DNA of 64,000 nt from a virus (taxonomy: Duplodnaviria; Caudoviricetes): positions 32,001-96,000 of the IMG/VR virus record IMGVR_UViG_2757320919_000001. The stretch is one strand, 5' to 3'. A program made the position numbers and the translations under genes. Below the pieces are notes generated by a model. That model saw nothing but the letters and a program-made list of their open reading frames with translations. It was not told the DNA's origin and ran no database searches. Shown here piece by piece: positions 49,773-59,564 of this stretch (its first letter is position 1; every line of letters begins with the position of its first letter).

Positions 49773-50249
49773 TTATCCAAATATATATTTTAATAAAGCT
49801 AACAAAGTAAATATAGGAATACATAACCAAACAGCACCCATAAAGGTTTTTGCGTGGGTTTCAGCTAATTTTTCTAACTTTCTTTCTTCTTGATAATGTT
49901 TTTGTATAAGGCTAACATTATTCCAATAACCATTTTCATTATAGTACTCAAGTCTGTTAATTATAAACCTAACTTTTCCTTTAGATAAATTTAATTTAAT
50001 TTCTTTTTCAGGTTTGTCTATTGAATTAGCTCCATAATTTCTAAAATCCCAATAAACATCTTCTGATATCTTAAAAGAATATGATTTAAAATTAGTCAAT
50101 TCGTCTTCTAATAATTTTCTATAGAATTTATCTTCATAGTCTATTGAAATTAAATTCATCAACACTTGTAACTCTAAATTACTCAGGTCTTTTTTAGAAT
50201 GAAAAAGTATAAAATCAGCTAAATCTTTTGATTTTATTTTACTCATCAT
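49773..50249 (-). CDS. degenerate Panacea/SocA (DUF4065)-like protein with C-terminal TM helix
   Basis: DLADFIL...LSNLELQVL...LLEDE...VYWDFRNYG pattern; GPV motif absent. Confidence 0.5.
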   Translation of the reverse strand: MMSKIKSKDLADFILFHSKKDLSNLELQVLMNLISIDYEDKFYRKLLEDELTNFKSYSFKISEDVYWDFRNYGANSIDKPEKEIKLNLSKGKVRFIINRLEYYNENGYWNNVSLIQKHYQEERKLEKLAETHAKTFMGAVWLCIPIFTLLALLKYIFG

Positions 50250-50905
50250 TATTCCTTTATAATACTTTTAAACAAAGTCTGCTTATGTAATTCTGGCAAA
50301 GATTCATAAACTTTATTAGCTAATATTCTTATTTCATGTAAAGCATGATTAGACGACCTTAACTCTAAGAAGTTTCTTAAACTTCTAGCATTTATAGTCC
50401 AGTATAAATTTGTTCTAAATGCTTCTGGTAAAGCATATTTTACAACATCATTACTCTTATTTTGTTTTACTAGTCTTAATAAATTATCCAAATTAGATAA
50501 TATTTGTAAATTAGATTCTAAGTCTTCAGTCAAAACTACATATTTAGAAGCTCTATCAAAGTCTTGTTCATATTTGAATTCTTCTTCATTTTTTAAATGT
50601 TTTTTCAAAGTATATCTAGTACTTTCTACGCTAAGACTTGCATGTCTGTGTCTAGCTAACTCTTGGAGACACGCTCTACTAATACCTTTTATAAAAAAAT
50701 TGTAATATACATGTTCTATTGTACTAAGGTGCTTATGATGATTAACAATTCTATCTAATAATGCTTTATCTTGGTTACCTAAAACTAATCTACCATTTTC
50801 ATAGACACTGTCTTTTTTGCATCCACTATCCCAACAAGTCCTTATAGCGTCTATTGTTATTTCTAATGGTGTATGATGTAATAATTTTACTTCTATGTTT
50901 TTCAT
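50249..50905 (-). CDS. thyX: flavin-dependent thymidylate synthase ThyX
   Basis: H.STIEH, ISRACLQELARHRHASLSVESTRY, NARSLRNFLELR. Confidence 0.95.
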   Translation of the reverse strand: MKNIEVKLLHHTPLEITIDAIRTCWDSGCKKDSVYENGRLVLGNQDKALLDRIVNHHKHLSTIEHVYYNFFIKGISRACLQELARHRHASLSVESTRYTLKKHLKNEEEFKYEQDFDRASKYVVLTEDLESNLQILSNLDNLLRLVKQNKSNDVVKYALPEAFRTNLYWTINARSLRNFLELRSSNHALHEIRILANKVYESLPELHKQTLFKSIIKE

Positions 50906-51019
50906 GATTATAATCCTTTCTTACCTTTAAAATGTAAAAAACATTCCAAATACAATTATTCCAATATTATAAAGTGATAAGTGTAATTATTTATATATGT
51001 TACTTTTTAAATTTATGTT

Positions 51020-51090
51020 ATTGTATAATAAAACTGCTTAAAATTATCTTAAACTAACTAAGCATAATTTAAGTAAAAATTATATATAAT
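51020..51090. promoter_or_regulatory. back-to-back early promoters (minus 51020-51052 for thyX; plus 51058-51090 for Hef 5-7)
   Basis: TTAAG-N6-TTAAG-N11-TACAAT and CTAAG-N6-TTAAG-N11-TATAAT. Confidence 0.75.
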
Positions 51091-51114
51091 ATGGAAATTA
51101 CTTGAAAGGACATT

Positions 51115-52884
51115 ATGAATGTAACTGAAAAGTTAAAGTTTTTAAATGATTTAGGATACGAAGTTATATCAGAAAACTTGGGCAAACAACTACAGGTAAA
51201 ATGTAAAAATGGTCATGTTATAACCAGACAATTCTATGAATATATTCGTGGTAATACTGGCTGTGGCGAATGTGATTATCAGGCAAAATTAAACCTGATA
51301 AAATCATATGGTTTTGAAGTTATATCTAGTAATGTTGGTAATGACATGAAGTTAAAATGTGTTAATGGTCATATATTTTCAAGGGCATATAAAGTATTTG
51401 TTAAGGGCGCTACAACTTGTCCAGAATGTAATACAAATAACATACTAGATCAATATAAACAATTAGGTGTAACATTAATCAACAAATCATCAAAACAACT
51501 TACTTTACAATGCAGCAAAGGTCACACTTACACTTGTACTACAATAACAGCACAACACAAATGCCCCATTTGTATTAGAAATGAATATTCATCTTTTATG
51601 GAAGCACTTGGTTATGAAATTATATCAGAAAAATTAGGTAATGATCTTAGAGTAAAATGTAAAAATGGTCACATATTTAGTAGAACCTTTGATAATTTTA
51701 AGAATGGCCATAATACTTGTCCAGAATGTGAAAAAATATCAAGAATACAATTTATTGAAAGTAATGGGTTTAAATTAATATCAGAAAATGTCGGTGCTAA
51801 TATGGTTGTTAAATGCAAGAACGGACATACTATACATAAGAAATACACAGCGTTTAAAGCACATCCAACATGTAGTATATGTCAAAGAAATGAGAGAATG
51901 GAATTATTAAAACAATATAATTTACAACCTATTACTGATAATCTTGGTAATGAATTAATTGTTGAGTGTGAAAACGGGCATACATTTAAAAGATATTTCA
52001 ACAATATCAAAAAAGGATCTACAAAATGCCCTATCTGTTATCCATATATTAGTTCATTCGAATCAGAGATTGAAAACTTGCTAAGTGACTATGTTAAAAA
52101 TGATAGGAATGTATTGAATGGTAGGGAGTTAGATTTTTATATACCATCAGTAAATTTAGCAATAGAGTGTAATGGAGACTACTGGCACTCAGAAAGTAAT
52201 GGTAGAGGCAAAAATTATCATTTGGCAAAAACCAATATGTGTAATTTAAAAGGTATAAATTTATTGCATATATTTGAAAGTTCATGGGAAGCTAATAAGC
52301 ATATTTGGATGAGTATAATCAACAATAAGTTGGGCAAATCAGAAAAAATAATGGCTAGAAAGTGTGTTATAAAGAATGTATCTAAGTATGATGAAAGATT
52401 ATTTTTAGAAAATAATCATTTACAAGGATTTGCTGGGAGTTCAATTTGTTATGGATTATATTTTAATAATGAGTTAGTTTGTTTAATGAGTTTTGGTAAA
52501 CCAAGATTTACTAACAAATATGATTGGGAGTTGATCAGGCTATGTACAAAAATGGGATTAAACATTATAGGTGGTGCTAGTAAGTTACTTAGTTGTTTTC
52601 ATAAAAATCACCCAGGCTCATTAATAAGTTATTCAGATAGGCTATATTCTGATGGTTCTGTTTATAAACAATTGGGATTCGAATTTAGCCACTATTCAGC
52701 ACCTGGATATTTTTATGTTAAAGGTGGTAGTACTTATACTAGGTATCAATTTATGAAACATAAACTCAAAGACAAGCTAGAGAAATTTGATCCAAACTTG
52801 ACTGAATCAGAGAATATGAGATTAAATGGGTATCATAAAGTATGGGATTGCGGTCAAGGTGTTTGGGTAAAGGATATTAAATGA
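51115..52884 (+). CDS. hef: Hef-like endonuclease 5 (6 Zn modules, third degenerate)
   Basis: Same architecture as the other paralogs. Confidence 0.9.
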   Translation: MNVTEKLKFLNDLGYEVISENLGKQLQVKCKNGHVITRQFYEYIRGNTGCGECDYQAKLNLIKSYGFEVISSNVGNDMKLKCVNGHIFSRAYKVFVKGATTCPECNTNNILDQYKQLGVTLINKSSKQLTLQCSKGHTYTCTTITAQHKCPICIRNEYSSFMEALGYEIISEKLGNDLRVKCKNGHIFSRTFDNFKNGHNTCPECEKISRIQFIESNGFKLISENVGANMVVKCKNGHTIHKKYTAFKAHPTCSICQRNERMELLKQYNLQPITDNLGNELIVECENGHTFKRYFNNIKKGSTKCPICYPYISSFESEIENLLSDYVKNDRNVLNGRELDFYIPSVNLAIECNGDYWHSESNGRGKNYHLAKTNMCNLKGINLLHIFESSWEANKHIWMSIINNKLGKSEKIMARKCVIKNVSKYDERLFLENNHLQGFAGSSICYGLYFNNELVCLMSFGKPRFTNKYDWELIRLCTKMGLNIIGGASKLLSCFHKNHPGSLISYSDRLYSDGSVYKQLGFEFSHYSAPGYFYVKGGSTYTRYQFMKHKLKDKLEKFDPNLTESENMRLNGYHKVWDCGQGVWVKDIK

Positions 52885-54326
52885 ATGATAAAATAAAGTT
52901 TTTAAATGATTTAGGATATGAAGTAGTGTCAGATGATTTGTCCAAAAATCTTATAGTTAGATGTAAAAACGGACACGAGTTTAAAAGAAGGTTTTATGAT
53001 TTTCAGCGTGGCACTATAATATGTATACAATGTGATCATAACTCTAAATTATTTTATTTAAACTCATTAGGATATTCAGTAAAATCTAAACTAATAAACA
53101 ATGACCTAGAAGTTATATGTAAAAATGGACATTCTTTTAAGCGTGCATGGAGTGAGTTTAAAAATGGAAATATAAAATGTGCAATGTGTTATGAACAGCA
53201 CAAAATAGACTTTTTAAACAAACTTGGATACACAATACTTGATATTAATAAAATTAAAGTAAAATGTAAACATGGACATGTTTTTGATAGAGTATGGAGT
53301 CATTTTAACAGTGGAGTGGTAGAGTGTAAACAATGCAAGAATAGTATAAAAATAGAATATATGAAGCTTGCAGAGCTTGAACCAATTAGTGAAAATATAG
53401 CTGATGGTTTAGAATTAAAATGTAAAAATGGGCATGTTTTTAAAAGAACATTTAGTAATCTAAAGAAATGTAATGTATGCCCTATATGTCACTCTAATAT
53501 TAGCTCATTTGAAAAAGAATTAAAAGAAATACTCCCAAAATGTATAGAAAATGATTACTCAGTACTAGGTGATAAAGAACTAGATTTTTATTTGCCAGAA
53601 TATAACTTAGCAATAGAATGTAATGGTGATTACTGGCATTCTGAGCAAATGGGTAAAAATAATAGTTATCATTTGGATAAAACAGAAAAGTGTAGGGAGA
53701 AAGGAATTCAGCTTTTACAAATATTCGAGTCATCTTGGATAGAGAAAAAAGATATATGGAAGTCAATTATAAACAACAAATTAGGAAAATCAAAAAAGAT
53801 AATGGCTAGAAAATGCATTTTAAAAGAAGTACCTAAGACAGAAGAGAAAGAGTTTTTAGACACAAATCATCTCCAAGGATTTACTGGATCAACTGTGTGT
53901 TATGGACTTTATTACCAAGATGAATTAGTTTGCTTAATGTCATTCGGAAAACCTAGATTTACAGGTAGGTATGACTGGGAGTTAATTAGATTATGTACTA
54001 AGAAGAACACAAATGTTATAGGTGGTGCTTCTAAATTACTTAGTTATTTCCATAAAAATAATAAAGGTAGTATTATTAGTTACTCAGATAGACTTTACTC
54101 TGATGGATCAATTTATAAACAATTAGGGTTCGAATTTAGTCATTATTCAGCACCTGGATATTTTTATTGTAAAAACAAAATAAAGTATCCAAGACAACAA
54201 TTTATGAAACATAAACTCAAAGACAAGCTAGAGAAATTTGATCCAAACTTGACTGAATCAGAGAATATGAGATTAAATGGGTATCATAAAGTATGGGATT
54301 GTGGGCAAGGGGTATGGGTTAAATAG
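52881..54326 (+). CDS. hef: Hef-like endonuclease 6 (4 Zn modules)
   Basis: Same architecture; ATGA overlap with Hef 5. Confidence 0.9.
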   Translation: MNDKIKFLNDLGYEVVSDDLSKNLIVRCKNGHEFKRRFYDFQRGTIICIQCDHNSKLFYLNSLGYSVKSKLINNDLEVICKNGHSFKRAWSEFKNGNIKCAMCYEQHKIDFLNKLGYTILDINKIKVKCKHGHVFDRVWSHFNSGVVECKQCKNSIKIEYMKLAELEPISENIADGLELKCKNGHVFKRTFSNLKKCNVCPICHSNISSFEKELKEILPKCIENDYSVLGDKELDFYLPEYNLAIECNGDYWHSEQMGKNNSYHLDKTEKCREKGIQLLQIFESSWIEKKDIWKSIINNKLGKSKKIMARKCILKEVPKTEEKEFLDTNHLQGFTGSTVCYGLYYQDELVCLMSFGKPRFTGRYDWELIRLCTKKNTNVIGGASKLLSYFHKNNKGSIISYSDRLYSDGSIYKQLGFEFSHYSAPGYFYCKNKIKYPRQQFMKHKLKDKLEKFDPNLTESENMRLNGYHKVWDCGQGVWVK

Positions 54327-54341
54327 AATGAAGGATAAAAA

Positions 54342-56165
54342 ATGACATTAGATGAGAAAATAGAATTTATTAAAAGTGTTGGGTTTGATATTATTGCACA
54401 TAAGTCTAATAGTATAACATTACAATGTAATTATGGGCATGTTTTTAACAAGAAAGTAAGCAATATCATACCAAACACAAATATAATTTGTGATAAATGT
54501 GTTGTTATGTCTAAAGAAAAAACACTAAGGGAACTTGGATTTACACCTTTGTTAATAAACGGTGATAAATGCACTGTAAAATGTGATAAATGTAATCACA
54601 TTTTTAATAGAACTTGGTATGCTTTTAATACTCGTAAAAACACAAAGTGCCCTGAATGTGTTGAAGCAGAAAGATGGAATAACATAAATTTCCATTTAAA
54701 TAACATGAAAGTGTCATACATTTCTGATATACAAGGTAATTATACATTACAATGTAAAAATGGTCATATTTTTAAACAAGGTATAGCAGAAATCATTAAA
54801 GAAGTTGGATGTTATCAGTGTGAAGTAGAATACAGAAAAGAGTATATAAGGAATCTTAATTTTACTATTATTGAATATAATAGTAAAATATTCAATGTGA
54901 AATGCAATAAATGTAATCATGTTTTTATTAGAGACTGGAATGGCTTTTATAATAGAAAATATACAACATGTCCTAATTGTATAGAAATAGAAAAGAAAAA
55001 CCTAGCTAAAAAGCATGGATTTACTCTCACTGACACAAAATGTGATAATGACACAAGAGAGTTTATATGTGATAAATGTAATACAACATTTAAAAGAGGG
55101 TGGTCAAGTTTTACATCAAGAGGGAATAAGGAATGCTATAATTGCAAGCAACTCAGTAGAATAAATTTAGCAAAGTCATATGGGTTGGATATCATAAATG
55201 AAAATATTACTTCAAAATATACTTTTAAATGTGATAAGGGACATGTTTTTGAAAGACCTTTCACTGTTGTAGAAAATAAAAATCAAACAAAATGCCCTAT
55301 TTGTTACCCTAGAACCTCAAACTTTGAAATAGAGGTTAAAAATTTCTTAACAGAATTATGTATAAAATATATCCAAAATGACAGAAATATATTAGATGGA
55401 TTAGAATTAGATTTTTATTTACCAGATTATAATCTAGCAATTGAATGTAATGGAGATTACTGGCATTCGGATAGTGTTATTAGTGATAAAAAATACCATT
55501 TAAATAAAACTCTGAAGTGTAATTCACAAGAAATACAATTATTACACATATTTGAAAGTAACTGGATAAAGAATAGAAACATTTGGGAATCTATTATTAA
55601 AAATAAATTAGGGTTGAGCTTTAAAATATATGCTAGAAAATGTGAAATTAAAGAAGTTAATAAAATAGAGGAAAAAGAATTTCTTAATAAAAACCATTTG
55701 CAAGGATTTACTGGTTCTGCTGTTTGTTATGGGCTATATTACCAAAATGAACTTGTTGAACTTATGTCATTTGGTAGATCAAGATTTAATAAAAACATAT
55801 CATGGGAATTGATAAGGTTATGCACTAAAATAAATGTTAATGTAATAGGTGGTGCATCTAGGTTATTGAAGATATTTGAAAACAATTATCCAAACCAGAC
55901 CTTATTATCTTATTCTAATAACTTATATTCTAATGGTAAAATATACAATACATTAGGGTTTGAGTTTAGTCACACATCTAGTCCAGGTTATTTTTACTAT
56001 AAGAATGGTATGACTTATGACAGACAACAATTTATGAAGCATAAACTTAATAGTAAATTAGAAAAGTTTGATCCAAACTTGACTGAATCAGAAAATATGA
56101 AATTGAATGGATTTTATAGAGTGTGGGATTGTGGTCAGGGTGTTTGGGTTAAAGGTAGCATTTGA
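54342..56165 (+). CDS. hef: Hef-like endonuclease 7 (6 Zn modules, divergent, some C4-type)
   Basis: Mix of CxxGH and CxxC modules; ELDFYLP..LAIECNGDYWHS; WELIRLC. Confidence 0.9.
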   Translation: MTLDEKIEFIKSVGFDIIAHKSNSITLQCNYGHVFNKKVSNIIPNTNIICDKCVVMSKEKTLRELGFTPLLINGDKCTVKCDKCNHIFNRTWYAFNTRKNTKCPECVEAERWNNINFHLNNMKVSYISDIQGNYTLQCKNGHIFKQGIAEIIKEVGCYQCEVEYRKEYIRNLNFTIIEYNSKIFNVKCNKCNHVFIRDWNGFYNRKYTTCPNCIEIEKKNLAKKHGFTLTDTKCDNDTREFICDKCNTTFKRGWSSFTSRGNKECYNCKQLSRINLAKSYGLDIINENITSKYTFKCDKGHVFERPFTVVENKNQTKCPICYPRTSNFEIEVKNFLTELCIKYIQNDRNILDGLELDFYLPDYNLAIECNGDYWHSDSVISDKKYHLNKTLKCNSQEIQLLHIFESNWIKNRNIWESIIKNKLGLSFKIYARKCEIKEVNKIEEKEFLNKNHLQGFTGSAVCYGLYYQNELVELMSFGRSRFNKNISWELIRLCTKINVNVIGGASRLLKIFENNYPNQTLLSYSNNLYSNGKIYNTLGFEFSHTSSPGYFYYKNGMTYDRQQFMKHKLNSKLEKFDPNLTESENMKLNGFYRVWDCGQGVWVKGSI

Positions 56166-56176
56166 GCTACCTTTAA
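56149..56176. terminator. bidirectional terminator between Hef 7 and gene 18
   Basis: TTAAAGGTAGC-ATTTGA-GCTACCTTTAA. Confidence 0.7.
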
Positions 56177-56179
56177 TAT

Positions 56180-58090
56180 TTAAATTGAGCCTATTGCTTC
56201 TTCAAAACTAATTGTAGCACCAACAGCGACGAAATTAAGTGTGATAAATTCTATTGCATAAGTCGGTTTGATTAAGAAAGATGCAATAAATTGATTATTG
56301 GATTTAACCAAAGGCGTGTTATTGCTATCATCACATACTATTTTGAATGCATCTATACCGCGACCAGCTTGAACTTGAGTTAATAACGGAGAACACATAC
56401 TTACAAACATATTTTGAGTATGAGTGTCATTTTGCTCAAACACAACATATCTGGCTGAGTTAGCTATATTTCTTTCAAGATAGTTAAACAACATTCTAAC
56501 ATTTACTCTATCAAATGCACTAGGTTTTTGAGTACAAGTTTTTTGTCCCCATAAACAAATTCCTAAACTTGGAAAACTAACAACAGGATTTATAGCACTT
56601 TTATATAAAAGATCTCTTTGTCCATTATTAGGATTGAATGCCAGCTTGATAATATCTAAATATTGTCCTTGATTTAAACCAGCTGCAGCAAACCATGGCT
56701 GTCTTGCTTGATTTGTATAAGCTCTTAATCCTGCTGTTGCACCAGCTAAGTTGATCCATCTATATTTGTCATTATACTTATCATATATATAACCATAATT
56801 TCCTATAAATGAAAAATACTTATTATCAATATTCATTTCACCAGTGCTTCTATACTCTAAAAGATTTTTAACACAATCCTCAGCTTTTAAACCAACAACT
56901 TCACCAAATGGAACACCACCATAACCTATAACATCACCACGAGTTACACAAAAATCAGCACATTCTTTATTAGCCATTTCATTTGCAATAACAATATCAA
57001 TGTCTATTTCTTCTTTTGAACTAAAATTATCTGTATAACCACTAATAATATCAGCTTTTGTTGGAGCTCCATCTTCACCAAATTTAAGTGTTATTGTTTC
57101 AGAATCCAAAGCAGATTTTGGTAAATCAGTTATTGTAGTGTTATTTTTACAATAAACATAAGATGATTTTCTATTAATAACATCTTCAATATAATTAGAT
57201 TTGTTATTATAATCTTTAGCACCTTCTTTAATTGAAACCATATATGTTTCTTTTATTTCGTTGTTTTCTAATATAATTACAGCAACTTGATCTGTATCTG
57301 GAACATATTCAAAATTATCATCTAATGGAATACCTTTGATAATATTTTTATTTGCTCCAAAATCAGCTTTTGTTGCAACTGCTACTTTAATGTTATTTCC
57401 CCAAGAACCAACTGATTTAGCAATAAATTTTAATTTTGTTTCAGTGTCACTAAACTTAATAGAAGGTTCTAAAGTTTCATAAACATCATTATTAGGAATT
57501 ATTTTAAGCGTTTCTTTTAGTTTAGCATCTGTTATAGTATTACTTGAACCAGTTTTTAAAACTTCACCTGTTGCATTCATTGATGGATAACAAATATAAA
57601 TCTTTGAAGAGTTACCAGTACCATCACCTGTTTGTATTTCTGGAGTGAAAGTTATTTTAGTATTAGCTTGAATGCTAGCAATAGTATAAACATTAGCATC
57701 AGTTTTTTCACCAAACATAATTTGTTGTCCAACATATAAACCTGTTGTATCTGCCAAGGTTATTTCTGTTGCTTTTTCACTTAATACAGCATTTATGGTT
57801 AAACCTGAATCTTTTCTTGTAGATTTTCCAAGTTTATCAATAGCTCTTACAACATATAGACTACCTGCTCTTCTTAAAAAACAATACGCTTGAAAAAAAT
57901 CATTATAATTTGAATTTGTAGGTTTTCCAAATACACTTTCAAGTGTTGGAATATCATTTATGAAAACTGCACCATCACATGGACCTTTTGGAAAAATACC
58001 ACAAAACGCTCCAAAACTAGATGAAGCACTTGAAACCGTAAGAGATAAGTCAATTTCTTTAACTTCTACACCTGGACTTAGTAAAGCCAT
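56180..58090 (-). CDS. 18: tail sheath protein gp18
   Basis: LLSPGVEVKEID, FGKP, PWFAAAG..G, LWGQKT..PSAFDRVNVRMLF, FITLNFVA. Confidence 0.97.
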   Translation of the reverse strand: MALLSPGVEVKEIDLSLTVSSASSSFGAFCGIFPKGPCDGAVFINDIPTLESVFGKPTNSNYNDFFQAYCFLRRAGSLYVVRAIDKLGKSTRKDSGLTINAVLSEKATEITLADTTGLYVGQQIMFGEKTDANVYTIASIQANTKITFTPEIQTGDGTGNSSKIYICYPSMNATGEVLKTGSSNTITDAKLKETLKIIPNNDVYETLEPSIKFSDTETKLKFIAKSVGSWGNNIKVAVATKADFGANKNIIKGIPLDDNFEYVPDTDQVAVIILENNEIKETYMVSIKEGAKDYNNKSNYIEDVINRKSSYVYCKNNTTITDLPKSALDSETITLKFGEDGAPTKADIISGYTDNFSSKEEIDIDIVIANEMANKECADFCVTRGDVIGYGGVPFGEVVGLKAEDCVKNLLEYRSTGEMNIDNKYFSFIGNYGYIYDKYNDKYRWINLAGATAGLRAYTNQARQPWFAAAGLNQGQYLDIIKLAFNPNNGQRDLLYKSAINPVVSFPSLGICLWGQKTCTQKPSAFDRVNVRMLFNYLERNIANSARYVVFEQNDTHTQNMFVSMCSPLLTQVQAGRGIDAFKIVCDDSNNTPLVKSNNQFIASFLIKPTYAIEFITLNFVAVGATISFEEAIGSI

Positions 58091-58252
58091 TTTCTTTCCT
58101 TTAAATAAATCTAAAAAACAGCATATTTAAAATTTTTAAGTCTATTAAAGGAAATAAAATTAAACCTATATATTACTTAGTATAACTATCATCTTCTGAA
58201 ACAGTTAGCAATATATAGTTATTTTAAATAGATACTGTTTTCTAGTATCTAT

Positions 58253-58600
58253 TTATAAAAAATTATCATAGGCAGATTCATTAATTATTTTGGGGTATGA
58301 TATTGTTATGTTTAGCTTGGGTTCTTCTAAATTATATAATATATTTACTTGATATAGTCTATCAAGTTTCATCTTAATGTTTACAGAATTTTTACCCCAA
58401 GATGATATTTTTATATTTCTTGTAAAGCTAACAAGAAGTTCTGTTTTTATATCTTTTATAATTTTATCCCATGACTCTGGAGACTCTTTAGTCCATAATG
58501 ATATTTCTACATTATGTTCATCTTCTATTGGATTTTGTTTAAAATAAATCCCATATTTTTTACCTATATTTAAAAGTATATTTAATAGTTTAGTTTCCAT
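58253..58600 (-). CDS. hypothetical protein
   Basis: 115-aa ORF overlapping the upstream gene. Confidence 0.65.
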   Translation of the reverse strand: METKLLNILLNIGKKYGIYFKQNPIEDEHNVEISLWTKESPESWDKIIKDIKTELLVSFTRNIKISSWGKNSVNIKMKLDRLYQVNILYNLEEPKLNITISYPKIINESAYDNFL

Positions 58601-59543
58601 TTACCATATCCATGTTATAAGTTCTTCTACTAATTTCACCATATGATTTATGAATTGTTATGGAACTAATTGTACCAATTCCTCTTCTAAAACCACTATT
58701 AGAAGCCCATTTATTTAATGGTGCTAAATTTCTAAAACTCTCACATCTACATAATGGTGTATCTATTACTTTATCAACATGGTAATGCCCAAAATATGCA
58801 TACACATGTTTAGAGTGTACAAAGTTCTCTTTATTGTCAAATGCAATAATTTGTCCTACATCTTTCATCTTTATGTTATCACCATGAGTAAAAGCCATTA
58901 ATACATTTCCAAATGAGTGATATTTAATATTCATCAAAGACTCATCACAAATAACCCTTTTATTACCAGCAAAATGTTCTTTTATAATATATTGAACAGC
59001 CATAGATGGTAATATATCGTGATTACCTGGAATATTGATATAGTACACATATTTATGTTTTCCAAGTGCCTTATAGATCATGTTTATAATTGAATTATAA
59101 GCAACTGATAATATTTGTGGGAATTTTTTATCAACATCAAGTACATTCCCACTTCTTGGTGTTTTATGTGTAAAGTCATTAATATCAATTAAATCACCTA
59201 AATTACATATAATACATTCTTCTGTATTATCAGCACCACTTATTAACTCTGTTGATAATTTGTCTAATGTTTTTGATGCTATATCTAAATTCCAATCACT
59301 ATCACTAGTTTCTTCTTTTAGAGCTAACATACCGAAATGCATATCAGAAATATTGTAAAGCGTTAATGAATTAGTATTTAAAGATTTTAATTTAGATACA
59401 TTTTTAAGTGAATATTTTTTAAATTTTTTAGAAGCAAGTTTTATACTTTCAATAACCTCTTCAGATGGTATTGATTTTGGTACATTTTTTACCCATTGTA
59501 AAACAACCTTACCTTTGTCATTATATAATGTTGATGTATTCAT
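58590..59543 (-). CDS. calcineurin-like metallophosphoesterase
   Basis: SDMHFG, LGDLID, PGNHD, THGD, GHYH. Confidence 0.88.
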   Translation of the reverse strand: MNTSTLYNDKGKVVLQWVKNVPKSIPSEEVIESIKLASKKFKKYSLKNVSKLKSLNTNSLTLYNISDMHFGMLALKEETSDSDWNLDIASKTLDKLSTELISGADNTEECIICNLGDLIDINDFTHKTPRSGNVLDVDKKFPQILSVAYNSIINMIYKALGKHKYVYYINIPGNHDILPSMAVQYIIKEHFAGNKRVICDESLMNIKYHSFGNVLMAFTHGDNIKMKDVGQIIAFDNKENFVHSKHVYAYFGHYHVDKVIDTPLCRCESFRNLAPLNKWASNSGFRRGIGTISSITIHKSYGEISRRTYNMDMVNGN

Positions 59544-59564
59544 ATAAATCCTTTCAAGTTTATT

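Noticed and set aside
50906-51019. Hydrophobic peptide-like frame (IGIIVFGMFFTF) upstream of thyX
   Set aside because: No credible start or SD and interrupted by stops; at most a decayed remnant.
11660-56165. Hef repeats as a diversity-generating retroelement (TR/VR)
   Set aside because: No reverse transcriptase in the window, and the shared tracts are identical rather than adenine-specifically mutated.
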